64,000 nt of DNA from Hyaloraphidium curvatum SAG 235-1 (lineage: Eukaryota > Fungi > Monoblepharomycota), in NCBI GenBank assembly GCA_025558095.1, contig JAIVFI010000029.1:310001-374000 (forward strand), in the 5' to 3' direction. The first letter of the stretch is position 1. Every line of letters starts with the position of its first letter. The position numbers and the translations under genes are program-made. Below, in pieces: positions 35,767 to 49,894 of the stretch. The notes under the pieces were generated by a model. The model was not told the DNA's origin, made no database searches, and worked only from the letters and a program-made list of their open reading frames with translations.

Positions 35767-38664
35767 TCATAGGGTATCAATCTCGTCGTCCTCGCCGCGC
35801 GGCGGATGCCGGTTCCGCCCGCCGTCGTCCCCCATGAGCGCCGGCGATCGCAGCCGCTGCATGTCGATGACGTGGTTGGGCGGCGGCGACTTGTGCTCGC
35901 GCACGTGGAAGATGGTCCCGAAGCGCGCGCGCATGGCGCTGCGGGGGCCAAGGAAGGACCACAGCACGGGCGCGATCATCATGGAGAGGGAGGTGGTGCC
36001 CAGCAGGAGGTAGTAGACCTCTCGGGAAATGATGGACGTCCTTTGCGAAGGCGACGTCAACCTGAGGCCGACACCGGTACGACTGAAAAGCACCCACCCC
36101 TTCGCGCGGCTCGCGAGCACAAACACAAACTCGGAAATCTGCGAGAGGCCGATGGAGACGATGCTCGCCGTCCGCCAAGGGTAGCCAAAGAGCGCCACGA
36201 GCACGAGCACGGCAAGCGTGAACTTGAAGACGATGACGCCCGAGGTGAGGAGGAGGAGGAGGAAGACCTCCCGGAAGAGGAAGGAGGGGTGTACGCCGTG
36301 CAGGCCGATCGCCGCAAAGAAGAGGCAGCCAAACATATCGCGCACGGGCTCGATGATGGCCATCCTGGATGGGTGTGTGAGGCAATAGCGGCAAAGAGCG
36401 CCAACACAACCCACGTGTACTCGCCGAGCGAGCGCCGGCTGCTGATGATCAGACCCGCGATGAAGCAGCCGATTTCCATGCTGATGCCCAGGTGCGCGCT
36501 GAACTGCATCATCGTCATGCAGAGCGCGACGCAGCCGAGGAGGTACAGCTCCTTGCTGCCCGAGTCCTTGAGGATGCGCAGCGCAAAGTGCGCCGGGAAC
36601 CACGCCACGACAAAGGCCACGATCATGAAGAGGAGCAGGGCGCCAAAGATCTTAAAGCAGACCTCGACGACTTCGAAGCCCGATTTTTCGAACGCCGGCA
36701 GCAGGGCGAGAAGGATGCCGAGGAGGATGTCCTGCATCACCAGGATGCCGAGGATGGGCCTCCCGTAGGCCGTTTCGTACTCGTCCGAGGTCAGGAACTT
36801 GACCACCACCGCCGTGCTCGAGAGGAACACGGACGCGCCGACCACCATGCTCTCGTTGAACCTGGAGTTGAGCACCAGCCCGAGCGTGTAGAAGCAGGCG
36901 CAGGTGACGAAAAGGAGCACGACGGATCCGAACAGGGCCACGCGCCAGATCTTGCGCAGCTTGGAGAAGTTGAACTCCACCCCCAGCACGAAAAGAATGA
37001 AAGCGACGCCCAGCTGGGCCAGAGTGTGGATTTGCACCAGGTTCTGGGGCCAAGATGCGTGAGCTGGTGCGGCCAGTTGCGCGAATCTCGCGGCTCCGCA
37101 CCTTTATCATGTTCCAGACACTGGGGCCGAGGATGACGCCCGCGGTCAGGTGCCCGAAGAAGAGTGGTACGCGGATAAAATTGCACAGGAAGGAGACAAA
37201 GAAGGAGAACAAGAAGATGAGGACGACGTCGTTAAGCAACCGAGCTGGACAAGACAGTAAGAACGAATAGCGATTCCCACGGCTGGCTAGCAACGCACCG
37301 TCCTCGTAGAAATAAGTGACGTCGTTGGGCCGGCTGAGGACATATTGGTTGCTCTCGGCGTCGATGAGGATGCTGACGAGACCTCCGCGCCCCTTGCCAA
37401 AGGGTTTGAAGAGGGGGATCGTGGCTTCCTCTCTGTCCTCGTCAAACTTCTGCTGCTCCGCGTCCTCCACCTTTAGCACGGTCTCGATCGTCGCCCCTTT
37501 GGCCTTTGTGCCCTCGGCAAACGCGTGTGAATCGAGGAGGTTGTCCTCGACCTTGTCGGCAGCGCCGCTGACTTCCTTCAGGATGTCTTTGGCGATGTCC
37601 TGCGCCGTCTTGGCGGCCGACTCGGCCGCCGTCGCGTTCGATGGCGCCGCGGTCGCGTTTCCCGCCGCGCCTCCAGAGGCATCCACGGGATCCGCCGGCG
37701 CCTTGCCGCCGGCAACCTCATCCGGACCAGCAGGTGGAGTGTCCCCATCGTCATCTTTCGCAGCACCGTCGCCAGCAGCATCCGCAGCTTTGTCCGCGGC
37801 GGCCTTGTCCGCGGCGGCCGCCTTGTCCGCTGCTTCGGCCGCCTCGTCCACCTTGGCCTTCTCCTTTTCCCGCTGGTGCTCGTCCTTCTGAATGGCTTTC
37901 AGGTCCGCTTTAGCCTTCAGGGCCGTCAGCTGCAGGTCGTAGATGACCTTCTCCGACTCGGCCTTTATGTCGCCGGCCGTCGCATTCCGCTCCTTGCTGG
38001 CCTTCAGGACGTTCTGGTAGACTTCGAGTGTCCGGCGCACCATCCCTTCGAGCATTTCCACCTCCTTGATCTTCATGTCCAGCTGCTCTATCCTGCGGGA
38101 GCGCTCCTCGGGCGCGAGCGCAGCGTCGCCGTCAAGGCGCTGCTTCTCTGCGTCCACTTGGGCACGCAACGATTCCCGCAGCTCCATGAGATTCCCAAAA
38201 TCGACCGTGTTGAATTCAGGTGCGACATTGGGCTGAATTGCATCCAGGGGATTCTCCTGAGGGTGGGAGACCAGGTTGGGAGAGCTGGCGGCAGGCGACG
38301 CGTCGCTACCCACCGGGTGATCATGATCCTTGGCAGCTCCGTCTGCAGGAGCGTCCGCGGCCGATCCCGAATCCTGCTTAACCTCCTCCTTCGGCTCTGC
38401 TTCCGCTTTGGGAGCGGCATCCTTGCCCGCCTCTTGCGACTCCGCGTCCTTGGCCGAACCCTCGGCCCTCGGCTTCTCCTCCCGAGTTTGTTTCGGCGTA
38501 CTCTTGGGCTCCGCCGCCTCAGCGGCGAGGACGAATGGCCCCGGTCGACACGCGTGGTCCAACAGGGGAAACGACAGCGAGTCCCTGCGGGGACAAGGTC
38601 CGCTCCATGCTGCACACAGGAGCAGAACGACCAACGTCGCCCGCAGAAGCAAATGACATGGCAT
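35767..38664 (-). CDS. TMCO3: TMCO3-like CPA2 K+/H+ antiporter (signal peptide, coiled coil, exchanger domain)
   Basis: LIDAESNQYVLSRPND, GVILGPS, FVLGVEF, LSSTAVVVKFL, ILVMQD, LSQISEFVFVLASRA. Confidence 0.85.
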
Positions 38665-38889
38665 TGCTGCCTGAACCGAGACGCGAGGTGCCCTTTTACG
38701 GCATCCCCACTCGGTGTGTTTCGCTACTCCCAGACGCGCTGACTCGGCTTCTGCGCGATCACGATCGCAACGCTTCAATCTCGCAACCTCGGTGCGCGTG
38801 CGCAGGACTTTCTTTCTGGGGAGAATATGCGATCGAAGGGAGAAACTCTTCTGGATTTCAAGAAGGTTCTCTTCGGGACTGGGTGGAGG

Positions 38890-41014
38890 TCATCGCTTTC
38901 CTGTCCGCTTCCGGACCCCGTTCGCACTTGCTCCCTCCGACCGCGCGTCCGAAGCGCCTGCCGCGACCTTGTCCTTTTCGCCAGCCAAAATGCCGGCCGC
39001 GGGCGTGTCCTTTTCGGCTGCCTCTTTCTCCTCGAGGAGCTTTCCGTCGATCTCGTCCTCTTCTTCCGAGTCGTCGGCACCCTCCACACCAATCTGCCCG
39101 AACTCGTTTCGCCGCCGGTGGTCGACGGGGTAGATCCACCATTGATAGATGTAGATGAAGAAGACAATGTCGTCCCGAAAGCATGCGAGCCTGTGCAGCG
39201 TTGGCATCTGGCGAGAGCCACATGAGCCGCGGAAAAGGACGGCGACACGCCGCCTCACTTTGATCACAAATGCAAACAGGTCGTCGACGAAGGTGTTCAG
39301 AGCTTTGTAGGTCAACGTTCGCATGGGCATGTGGGCCACGCTCTTCAAGCGGTAGTTGATGTAAAGCTGGGGAACCATGCTGATGAAGCCTGCGACACAG
39401 ACCGACGAAGACATGAGCCCAACACCCCAAGAACGCGGAACTCCTCACCAAACGCATAAACGAAGCCCACAAGCGTGCTGATGACGAAGCTGTACAAGGA
39501 CTTGTGCTCCTGCGTTGCCGACGTGCGTGAGACCACTGCCCTCCAGCCGAACGATGGCGCTCACATTGTAGACGACTGAGTAGATCGTGTAGCCAATCAG
39601 GAGCGGGGCAATCGCGTACGACAGGTATCTGAAGGCGATCTGGTCGTACTTGAGCGTACGCTTGACCCGATTCGAGGTCTGCCGGCTCTTGATGCTGATG
39701 GAGGGCGGGAGTCCCCAGGTGATGCTGATGTCCAGGGCTTTGGTGACCTTCCAGGCCTCGATGATGAGGCCCACGGAGGAGCTTAGGAGCACAATCCAGG
39801 ATGTCTCATTATCGAATAGGTAGAGAAGGACAATCGCTTGGAACACGACGTTCGTGACGATAGTTCGCACCGAGAGGCCTTCCATAGAACGCTTCTGGCG
39901 CCAGAACTGGACGTCGTTCTTGAACGCGAGGATGTCAAAGATGCTGTGCAAGAGGCTGACGGCGAAGGTGACCGCCAGCAACACCGGGTTCGTGTCGACA
40001 AGCATCCTCTTGAACTCCTCGGTGTCTTTCCGCGGCTGGCCGATCAGCTCTTCCTGGACCTTGAAATTGGCGTCCATTTGCTGGTACAGGTTGAACTTCC
40101 AGAAAACCATTGGGTAGAGCTCGATCCGTAGCGGCAGCTCCTCGGTCGTCCTGTTTATCTCCACGTAGTGGTCGCTGAGGGTCCAAAACGTGTGGTCAAA
40201 GAAAATAGGCTGGTAGTGGAGGTGATCCGAACTGGGCCGGATGTGCCGCTGGATGACAGGCGGCAGAGCCGACGGCGCCAGCGCGACGTTCTCTGGAACG
40301 AAAGCAAAGGTGACGTTTGGGCTCCAGCTGGAAACGATCTCCGGCGTCCCGTCGTCCGCAGCAGGCTCCTCGTTGTCTTTTCTCTTTCCGCCCAGCAGCT
40401 TCTTCAGCTTCGGGGCCTTCTTCTTCGGCCCGAAGACGGTAAGGAGCTTTGTGACGTGCACGACGGAATCACGGTCGTACAGGGGATGTCGTGGGTTCGG
40501 AGACACCCCGGCCCTGTAGAAGAAAGCGTGGGCAAAGAGTGTTCCGTTGTTCCGCACGGCATCGCTCAGTCGGACGGTGGTTTCGGCCTTCCGGTGCTCC
40601 GACCAGTTGCCATACTGGATCGATCTCGCGTCCATGACCCTGCCGGGCGGCGGCTCCGTGGGCTCCCAGAAACGCAGTCTCTCCTGCTCGGAAAGGACCA
40701 CGAGCAGGTTCGTTTTGATCCCCAAGGGCCACAGCGGGGCCAAAGCGTGCGTCGGACCGCGTTCCGAGGCATTGGAGGTCCCGGAGGAAACACCAGACGC
40801 AGAGTCCGGATTGAGCTGCCTCGTCACCACTGATTTCCATTCAGATTGGAGATCAGACAAGCACCGAGAGATCGTGCGACTCGGCAGCCTCACTTCCCAC
40901 GACGCTCGAAACCGCCCACCACAGCATCAAATACCGGGGCAGGTAGGAGATGAAGTTCCAAATGCCGCCCTCCCGGTCCTCCGGTCGAGCCTCCGGCGGC
41001 GCCTGCTCTGCCAT
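38890..41014 (-). CDS. CLPTM1: CLPTM1-family membrane protein
   Basis: DTNPVLLAVT..LHSIFDILAFKNDVQFW, PQLYINYRLKSVAHMP, YKALNTFVDDLFAFVIK, FRDDIVF. Confidence 0.93.
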
Positions 41015-41118
41015 CGCGCACGTTGCGCACTAGCTACTACGCGCGCGGGGGCTCGGCCGCAGATCCGATCACGGACGCGATCGTGCAAACGGCGCCGGAC
41101 TATAACGCGCGGCGCTGA

Positions 41119-44100
41119 ATGAGCGGCGACCCCGGGGGGCGCGTCCCGCCGTTCCATCGCGAACGAGATGGAACGGCTGGGTACGCTCAGTTCGTGGACC
41201 TGGCCAGGATACGCGTCCTGGTTGTCCCCGTCACGGACGGGACACCGGGACCGCCGGAGGGCTCGCGGACCGAGCAGTACATTCGCGAGCTGTCGGCCTT
41301 CTCCTCCGTGCCATTGAGCGATCTCCCCCCGCCGCCGAGGGAGGATTCCTGTGCGTCGACGGCTTGGCCGGGGGACGATCGCGATCTCGGGCTGATCTCC
41401 GTGGTCGCCAGCGATCTTCAATGACATCAGCGCGAACATTGGGAGCGACGGCTTTGTTTATGTCAACTATATGACGTCGCATGACCGCGAGACGGAGCGT
41501 TTCGCGTCGCTGTACATGTCCATGCAGGTCATGGCGGTGCGTTGGAAGGCCGGCGGCCGCCGGCGGTTCAGACACTGAAGGCCCTCAACTACAGGTTGTC
41601 GGGGTGCTCATGTGCTCCGAAGTGACTTCCTTGTCGAAAGCTGTGGACGCCTTTGCCGACGTCGTTCGCCAGGTGGGCGCCAACACGTCGGGCGTCGCCC
41701 TCGACTTACCCCGGATTCGCCCTTCGCGCAGTATCCTTCGGCATTAGCACAACGATGCTACGCCTTCGAGCCTTCTGCGTCGACGCCGGACAACACCCCA
41801 GGGTTGATCATGATCCCCAACGTCGGCAACCTGAGCGTGTACCTGTCCCAAATGATTGCCGACCTCTGCGCAGAGGTGCTCGGCCGTTTTCGGGAGGTTA
41901 AGGCCGCGATCGAGACACGCGTGGTCATTCCTTCGCCGGTGCCGTACCCTTTGCCGCCCAGCACGGCCAAGGCTTCGCTTGAAGGCCCGCTCCGACAAGC
42001 ACCCGCGTTCAACAAGGCAGCATCGTTTCCTCCCGGCGGGGCTCCATTGCCTTCCAGCGGCAAGGGATCGAGCGATAGCATCGCGGTGCCCAGGGATGAT
42101 CCGCAGGCGGCCGCGCTCGATCGCTGGCTCAGTTACACCGCTATGGATCCGCGGACCAAGAAGGCGTCCCCGTCTCGGGCACAGAAACTGGTGGGCGACC
42201 TTCTTCTCCTCGCCGGACGGGTGGAAGATGCCATCAGAATGTGGGTCGCTTCATCCGGCTTCCGCCATTGTTGGTTTTGGGCAGGATCCTAACCGGTTCT
42301 TGAAAGCTACAACGACGCCATCGACGGCATGAGGTCCAACTCGGACTTCCTTTGGCAGGCCGCTGCTACGGAAGGCCTGATCTGCGCGGACGTGTTGGTC
42401 GGCCTCCGTGCGGTCGGATTGGCGGTGGGACTAGCACTTGCGACGTCGCCTGTCACCGGGCCAATCATCTGCATGCTTTCCAGAGCCTCAACGGTGCCCC
42501 GACAATCTCACCGCGCGCATACTTCCTTAGGCGCCCTGGAAAGCCTGCCGACCCCACCTCCAAGACCAGCGAGTCCAAAGCCGACGGAGAAGGGTCGTCC
42601 AAGCTCATGGACGTTCTGGAGGCTCTCCCCAGAAAATACCGAGAGCTCATATCGCTCTACGAGCGCGGCCAAAGCAGCCTATCTCCCGACGCGTTGGACA
42701 AGCCCGTGGTCATGCGTCTCCTGCCGGACGGGACACCCATCGCACCGAACCGCTCTCCCTCCCCCAGCGTCGCAAATGCGGAGAAGCCGAGCCTGTTGGA
42801 CCGTGTTTCATCCCGATTCGGAGGCTCGTCGTCGCCGTCGGTGACCAAGGATATCGAATCCACCTTTTCCCCTTTGCATTCCATCCTTGGCGTCAGGGCG
42901 GCCCTGCGGACAGCGCGCCTCCTGGCGGGGCTCTATCTCCAAGGCAACTCGATCAACTTTGAGGGCGGGGGGGATTGGCATCCGCTCGGTGCCGCCGCTT
43001 TCCTCCCGACGTACGCCGAACGCAGCGACGACAGGGCATCGCCGGATATGCTCGACGTTGCCTCGTGGCTGAACAAGGCGTCTTCGGTTCTGATGCAGAA
43101 CGCACTCCTCATCAGCGTCGAAGATCGCTGCTGGGCGAGTTCGTTCATCGCGCTGCTCTACGGCATGGTCGGAATGCAGCGCAAGTGGGCTTTCCACATG
43201 CGCATCGCTTGTCTCACCGTCATCGACGAGCTGAGGAAAGGCCCCCGGGGCGGAATCGTGCCGATGACTGCTTTTGCTGGGGCTTCCCCAGAATACCGCA
43301 AGCTCGCCCCGGGTGAATCCCTGGTTCGGCTGTTGATGCGGATCGGAGCAGCGCTCCGCCTTTTTGACGAGGTCGACAAGCCCTCCTTGGCACGGATGGG
43401 CTCGTCCCCCACGGACATCTCCTCTGTCGAATTTGATCCCTTCGCCGCATCCCGCGGGACGCAATCCCAGAACGACTACTTGTGGTTGCTGCGGGAAGTC
43501 AAGCCTGGCGGGTCCCGGTACGGGGCCGTCAGTCCTTTCGTGCCGCGCGGGACACGGGTTTGGCGCGACTACAGGGCGCGGGTGCACTTCGGTTGGGCCG
43601 ATCTGCAGCTCAGCATCCTGCGGGAGTCGGTGCAGCTGGCAAACATGCTGGACTATCCGACCGTCTGCTACGATTTCCTGTGTCTCTTGCTGCGGCGTTT
43701 TCACCTCGTCATGAGCCCCAAGGAGTGCAGCGACGCGGTGCGTCAGTTGGGCACCGCCTACGGGGACATCCAGGACGAGGACGTCGTGTCTAAGGTCGAT
43801 CGCGAAGTGCCGCGCCTTTTGCTTGGCGTGCCTGTGATGGTCAACCTCGAACTGGAGCGGTTACCGCCGTCTCGCCACGTGTACGTGCATCGGACGGAAT
43901 CTCCGGTCCAGGCACAAAGCGATGCGGACGACGCCTTCATTTACAATCCCTACGACGAAAAGACGGCGGAGAAGGGACGGGCCGAGGTCGCATGCGGCGA
44001 GCCCATTGCCATCTCCATGACACTCGCAAACCCTCTGGACGTGGAGCTGCCGCTTTCCAAGGTCTCCATCTGGGCCACTGGTGTGAGGTTCGAATCGGAC

Positions 44101-45985
44101 GTGACGGCCTGTCTTCTTCCTGCCCAGGCAAGGCAGTTCCGTTTGCGCCTCACGGGCATGCCGCTGGAACCCGGCGAGCTTTCGGTGGAAGGTGTGCGGA
44201 CACAGACCGTCGGCGGCATCGAGGAGGACGTTGCGCCGCTTGGGGATGTGCACGTGCGCATTGAGGACGAGCGGGAGCGCCTGTTGGGGAAGACGAACAT
44301 CCAGCGTCTGCCTGCTCTGGCTAGCAGGCAGGTTTCTTCCGTCACCCAAGGCGCAGAGAAGAAAGGGGATGCCCTTGGGGTTTCGGTACTGCCTGAGCAG
44401 CCGATCCTGGAGTGCATTGGATCAAGCTTGGGCTCGCAAAACACCCTTACTCTTTTTGAGGGGGAGTCGTGAGTGACATTCGGCGGCATGGAATGAGATG
44501 CCGTCATCTGACATACAGCGTCTTCCAGTTCGGCTTTCTCGTTGACCATTTGCAATGGGAGCTCGATTGCCATAGATTCGATTCTCGCGAGCTTCAAGGA
44601 CGAGTACGATGTGCCTCCCTCGGCCAAGGAAGGCCCCGAAGCTCCGGAGGACATTTACGAGCGCGAGATCCACGAGAAAGGGTCCCATGCCTTCTGGATT
44701 GCCGAGTCGGCGGATAAGGCTGCGCACAAGGTCCAGCTGCTACGGGAGCCTTTGGCCAAGGGTGGAACGATCAGTTTCGACGTCGCATGCTTGGGGAGGC
44801 GATGGTGGTGAGCTTGTTCGCCCTTTGCCAAACGCGGAACATGGGAAATGATTCCTCGCGTCGTGCTAGCATCGGTACTACCGTCATCCTCGAGTACGGA
44901 TCGCTGCCGCCGGAGTCGCAGCCGACCGATTGCAGCTACAGCCGCGTGGTAGCTGTGCCCGTGCTGCTCTCGGTATCGAAGGCGCTGGAACCGGTTGCGA
45001 TCTCGGCCCTGCCGTACGCGGACCTCTCCGGTCTGGATCAGGACTTGACGTTCGCAGAGCGCGAGGAACGGCGACGGACGCACCTGCTTCTCGCCGTGGA
45101 CGTCAAGAACGCCTCCACGGAATCGTTCCGGGCACATCTCTTCGCACTCCCGGTTGCACAAGCCTCCGCTCCGCCAGATGAGCCGCAGCTTATCCAGGGC
45201 GGTGCCGTGAAGCGCTTCCACTTTTCCATTCCCCGCTGCACTCTCGCTCCCGAGGTCGCTTCGCGCCCCATCCCCTTTCCTGACACTCAGTTCGTCGTCA
45301 CGCGCGTCCAGCAGTATTCCCCCGACGAAGCTGCTGTGCGACAAAGACTCTTTTGGCACCGGGAACGCCTTTTTGGTGGACTCGGCAGCCCTGCGGCCGT
45401 CCGCGCGATATGGTCAACCGACCCCGATCGCGGGGGCACGGTGGATCTCCGGCGGCTTTCGCTGACGCCTGACATGCTCGATTGTCTCGAAGAGGCCCCC
45501 TTGTCGTTTTCGGTGACGGTTGGCGCCGGTCGGCCAGGCGACGGTGCCCCCGCTCCGAAACAGCTGGACCTGGACGCTTTCGAGCTCCCCGTGAGGCGCT
45601 TTTCCACCGTCACGGTGCGGATTGCCAACGCCACAGCCGAGCCCATGCCGCTGATGTTTAGGATGGAGCTCTTGGAGGCCAAAGAGGGCGAGGAGCCGAG
45701 GCGAGACGTTCGGGACAAGGTGCTGATGCAGGGCGCTTCAACGTCTCTGATTCCAGCTGTGAGTGTCCATGGCGGTCGACCGGAAGGATGCGCGTTGACT
45801 CTAGCTCTTGGCTACAGATACCACCCTCGTCCTCGGCCGAGGTCCCAATACCCGTATTCCCCTTGAAGCCCCTTCGCTTCGTCTTGCGTTATCACGCGCT
45901 GGGTCCCTCTTCGAAGCCCGGCGAACCCAGGCGGGTGTTCCAACCACCGCAGCCCGTGACCCTCGTTTGCGTCGGGGTGGCATGA
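41119..45985 (+). CDS. TRS120: TRAPP II subunit Trs120/TRAPPC9 (multi-exon)
   Basis: IRVLVVPV; KLVGDLLLLAGR..DA; DFLWQAAATEG; RKWAF; FGWADLQLSIL; FIYNPY; LANPLDVEL; LFEGE. Confidence 0.88.
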
Positions 45986-46052
45986 TTTGGTCGACGGTTT
46001 GGTCTCAAGATCTATTCTTGATTGCAGCCAATATACCCCGGAACAGCCCCCC

Positions 46053-46838
46053 TCAGTCTTCGTCGGGCTTTGGCCTGATGTTCCTCATCTTCCGCGTGCC
46101 AACCTCCCAGCCCCTCGCCCTCAGCGCCCTCGCGAGAGGCGGGGTGATGGCGGTCGTCAAGAGCAATTTAACCGGCACAAACACCTTCGTCATGGCAAGG
46201 GCCAGGATCCAGTTCGCCATGGAGAAGAAGGCCGGCTTCGCGAGCGATCGCGCCGACTCGTCCTGCGACTTTTTCGCGTCCACAGACTGCTGGCGCTCCG
46301 TCTCGGTCCTGTCCCAGCCCCAGCTCTCGCGCAGCTCGTGGAACCATTCGAGCAGGGCATGGACATCGACTCCAAAGTAGGCGATGGAGAAGTAGCAGGT
46401 CACGAAGACGAGAAACGTGAGGGAGGCGTAGACAAAGACGGCGATGCGGCCGTATTCGCGCGTCAGGCGTGCGATGGTGCCTTCGCCGCGGGGCGGCTTT
46501 TCGTCCTCGGCGGGCTCCTCCTCGGGCGGCGGCGGGTTCTGGGGCGGGGGCGGGTTCTGAGGCGGGGACGTCGCAAAAGTCCTCTGCAGCGCCGGCGGGG
46601 TTCCGACAGCAGCTCCAGGCCACCGCGGCACGATCGATATCGCGATGGGCGTCCACACGCTGGTGCGCGGGACTGCTGCGGCCGAATGCGCGAGCCGTGC
46701 GGCGCGTTCGCAAGTAGACGGCGCCACGAGCGTGGGAGCACGCGCGGCGCAGGGCATCCCGACGCGTGCTGCAGCAAAGTGACCAAGCCGCGAGAATGAT
46801 GCGCCCGCAGGCATCGCACGCGAGCGGAGAGCCTGCAT
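46053..46838 (-). CDS. FAM210/DUF1279-like mitochondrial membrane protein
   Basis: Arg/Ala-rich presequence; REYGRIAVFVY..GVDV..LALAMTKVFVPVKLLLT. Confidence 0.75.
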   Translation of the reverse strand: MQALRSRAMPAGASFSRLGHFAAARVGMPCAARAPTLVAPSTCERAARLAHSAAAVPRTSVWTPIAISIVPRWPGAAVGTPPALQRTFATSPPQNPPPPQNPPPPEEEPAEDEKPPRGEGTIARLTREYGRIAVFVYASLTFLVFVTCYFSIAYFGVDVHALLEWFHELRESWGWDRTETERQQSVDAKKSQDESARSLAKPAFFSMANWILALAMTKVFVPVKLLLTTAITPPLARALRARGWEVGTRKMRNIRPKPDED

Positions 46839-47046
46839 CGCGGCGACTTCGCGTCGGCCGATCGTTGGTTGTTGTGCCGATTTTCCGTACGGTCCGCGCG
46901 GGGACGACCGCACCAACGGCTGGCGCACCCCGAATCACGGCGCGACCGGCGGCGAGCACCCGCCACGGCGCCGCGTGCGGGCGCTTCTCGGGCCGGCTGC
47001 TCGCGGCGCGCGGTGCGGGGTCGCCCCGCCGCGGCCGCTGCCCGCA

Positions 47047-49800
47047 ATGCCCATCGTCCAGCCCGTCGACTTCGCGCGGCTCTACGACCAGATCCGCAAG
47101 GACGCCGTGCACAACCGCGACTCGCCCGTGATCATTTTCGCCGCAAACGACGTCGACGCGTTATGCGCCGCCCGGATCCTCCAGGCCCTGCTGGCCGCCG
47201 ACCAGGTCAAGAACACCCTGATTCCCGTGTCGGGCTACACGGATCTCGCGGCGGAGAGCGCCAAGCATGTGGAGAACAAGGCGGAGGTGGGGAAGGAGAG
47301 CTTCCGTTTGCCGCTCCAGCTGCTGACGGCGGTGCCCGAATCACCTCCGGCCGGCGTGACCCACCGTTGTGACTGTGGCCCCCACCCTCGAAAAAGCTCC
47401 GGTCGATCGTGACCATCAACTGCGGCGGCATGGTGGATTTGAAGGAGTTCTTCTCGCTGCCTTCGGAGCGCGTGCGGGTCTATGTCATCGACTCGCACAG
47501 GCCGCTCAACCTCCAGAACCTGTTTGGCAGCCCTCAGGTGAGCGGCCAGACACCTTGTCCACGCCGCGACGTTCCGAACCTTACGGCTCCCCAGATCTGC
47601 GTGCTTGCGGACGATGGTTTTGAGGAGCAGCTCGGCGACATCCACGCCGCTTTCGATGCCCTAGAGGTTGGCTCCTTCACCGGCGATCCGTCTTCGGCGG
47701 AGGCTAACCCCGCGCGGCGCAGTACGGCATGGAAGACGAGGAGGAATCGGACGGCGACAGCGATTCGGATTCCGGAGACTCGGCGTCGGAACGCGAGGAC
47801 GGGCGCGACGGGGATCGGAGCGACAGGGACGGCGACGGCGGCGAAGGAGACGGCGATGGCGAGGGAGGCCGTTCGCCGCGGTCTCCGAGGACACCGCGAT
47901 CCGAGCGGTCCCATGCCGAGGGTGGATCCTCTGCGGTACGTCCGGTTGGTGAACGAAGACGTGCACTTAGCTGAAGCATCGTCGATCGCAGACCGGCTCG
48001 CCACGGGGGAAGCGGAGACGATCCGATGGCTCTCCGCGGCCGCCGAAAAAGGCGCGGACGGACTCTCCCCGGACAGCGCGCCGGGAAATGCGGCAGCGCC
48101 TGAAGGAGCACCGCCGGGCCGTGGCCGAGTACTACTCGGACGGCACTTCCTACTCCAAATCTGCCGCGGGCCTCGTATACCTCCTTTGCCAAAAGCTTGG
48201 CCGCGAGCGGAGCGACCTTCTCTGGCTGGCCATTGTGTCGCTGGCCTACCAGTTTGCCCACGGCCTGGTGGCCCTGCGCTCGTACCTGGACGAGATCGAG
48301 CGCCGCTTCAAGCCCGAGGCGCTCAAGTTCCTGGGCGAGCAGGGCTCCGGCGCTGCTGCGGACGAAAATTCGCTCCCGGACTCGCAGATCCAGCCGGGGT
48401 CTTCGGGGTCCGACGGGCGGGCGAGCGGGATCTACTTCACGGAGCGCGAGTTCCGCTTCGCCATGTTCCGGCATTGGAACCTCTACGATTCCATGCAGCA
48501 TTCGGACTATGTCTGCACGAAGCTCGGACTGTGGAAGGACAAAGGGAGGAAGAGGATGCAGTCGATGCTGGCCGAGATGGGGTAGGAAGCGCGGAAGCCG
48601 GGCACGTCTTCCCTTCCTCTAACGCTGTCTCTCTCTTGCAAGGCTCCCGCTCACGGAGGTCCGGCAACCGCCGACCGAAATGAACAAGCGCATGCGCGAC
48701 GAGCTGATCGGCAAGTTCTTTGCCGAAGGCGTCGCGGACAAGTACAACCTCAAGGACCTCCTCTTCCCCACCTTTTACCGGCGCTACGGTGTTCGCGGCC
48801 TCCGCGGGGAGCTTTCCGCATCGGACATGGTGTTTGCGATCGACGCCCTCCTCGACGGCGGGGAAGGCTGGGCACGCAGGGACGCGGACGGTGCGATGGT
48901 GGTGGACGAGGCGGTCGTCGGAGGCGTGCCCGAGAACGTCGGCCACAATTCGGTGCGGGCTGAGAGCAGGACGTGGCGGGACATTGTGGTGCAGCACACT
49001 GCCATTACCAGCGGCCAAAAGACGGGGGTCGCGTCCATCACGAGGCGCAGGGACGGGGGTTTCGGGGTGCTCATGGACGACAAGAGCGGGCTGCCGGCGG
49101 ACCTCAGGTGGAAGAGCAACTGGTACGCGGCTTTCGATGCCCTGGAAGAGTGAGCGAATCCGACCAGAGACCGGAGAGTGCGGGCCGCTGACATCGTCCC
49201 AGCATCGACCACACGCTCTTTGGCATCCATCTTTCCAAGCACCTGCAAGCCGCCGTCTTGCGGTGCGCCACCACCATCTTGGACAAGGGTGGCGTCAAGA
49301 CGATGCGGAGGTTCCGCCTGGTGCGGATCACGACGTCGTCGATCGGCCGCATCCAGGCCAAGGACTGCACGCTGCTGAGCAGGAGCGCACAATGGTTGAA
49401 CAGGGTGGCGACCGTCATATCCAAGGCGTTCAAGGTGCGTCACAACTGCCTGCCGTGATGGTTCGCTCGAGATCGCTAATCCCGTGGCGGCTCAGGAATT
49501 CTCGGCCAAGTCGGACCTTCCCATCGTGATCGTCGCGCTGAACCCGACCGGCGAGACCTATCTCATGGCCGGCTACCCGGCGCCGTCTGCCAAGCAAACC
49601 AAAAAGTTCGCTCTGCTTGCGTATTCCACCGATCTGGAGTGCTAACGGCGCCCCACAGCCCCTTTGGCCTGGCGTTCCAGGAGTGCTGCCAACGTACGGG
49701 TGCGCGGGCAAAGCACGACGCTTTCGACACGCATGTGATGGAGGTCAAGGCGGAGGACCTGAAGCTGGTGGTGGAAGCTCTGCAGAAGATTGACTTTTGA
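47047..49800 (+). CDS. CDC45: DNA replication initiation factor Cdc45 (multi-exon)
   Basis: IFAANDVDALCAARIL, PVSGY, INCGG, IDSHRPLNLQN, LWLAIV, FRHWNLYDSM, NPFGLAF. Confidence 0.95.
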
Positions 49801-49894
49801 CGAGGTGGAAGGGGGGGAGGTTGGCAGAAGATGTGACAACAAACAAAGCTACTTCCAATCGCGATTCTGGCGCCGTCGACCTCGCAGAGGACCC

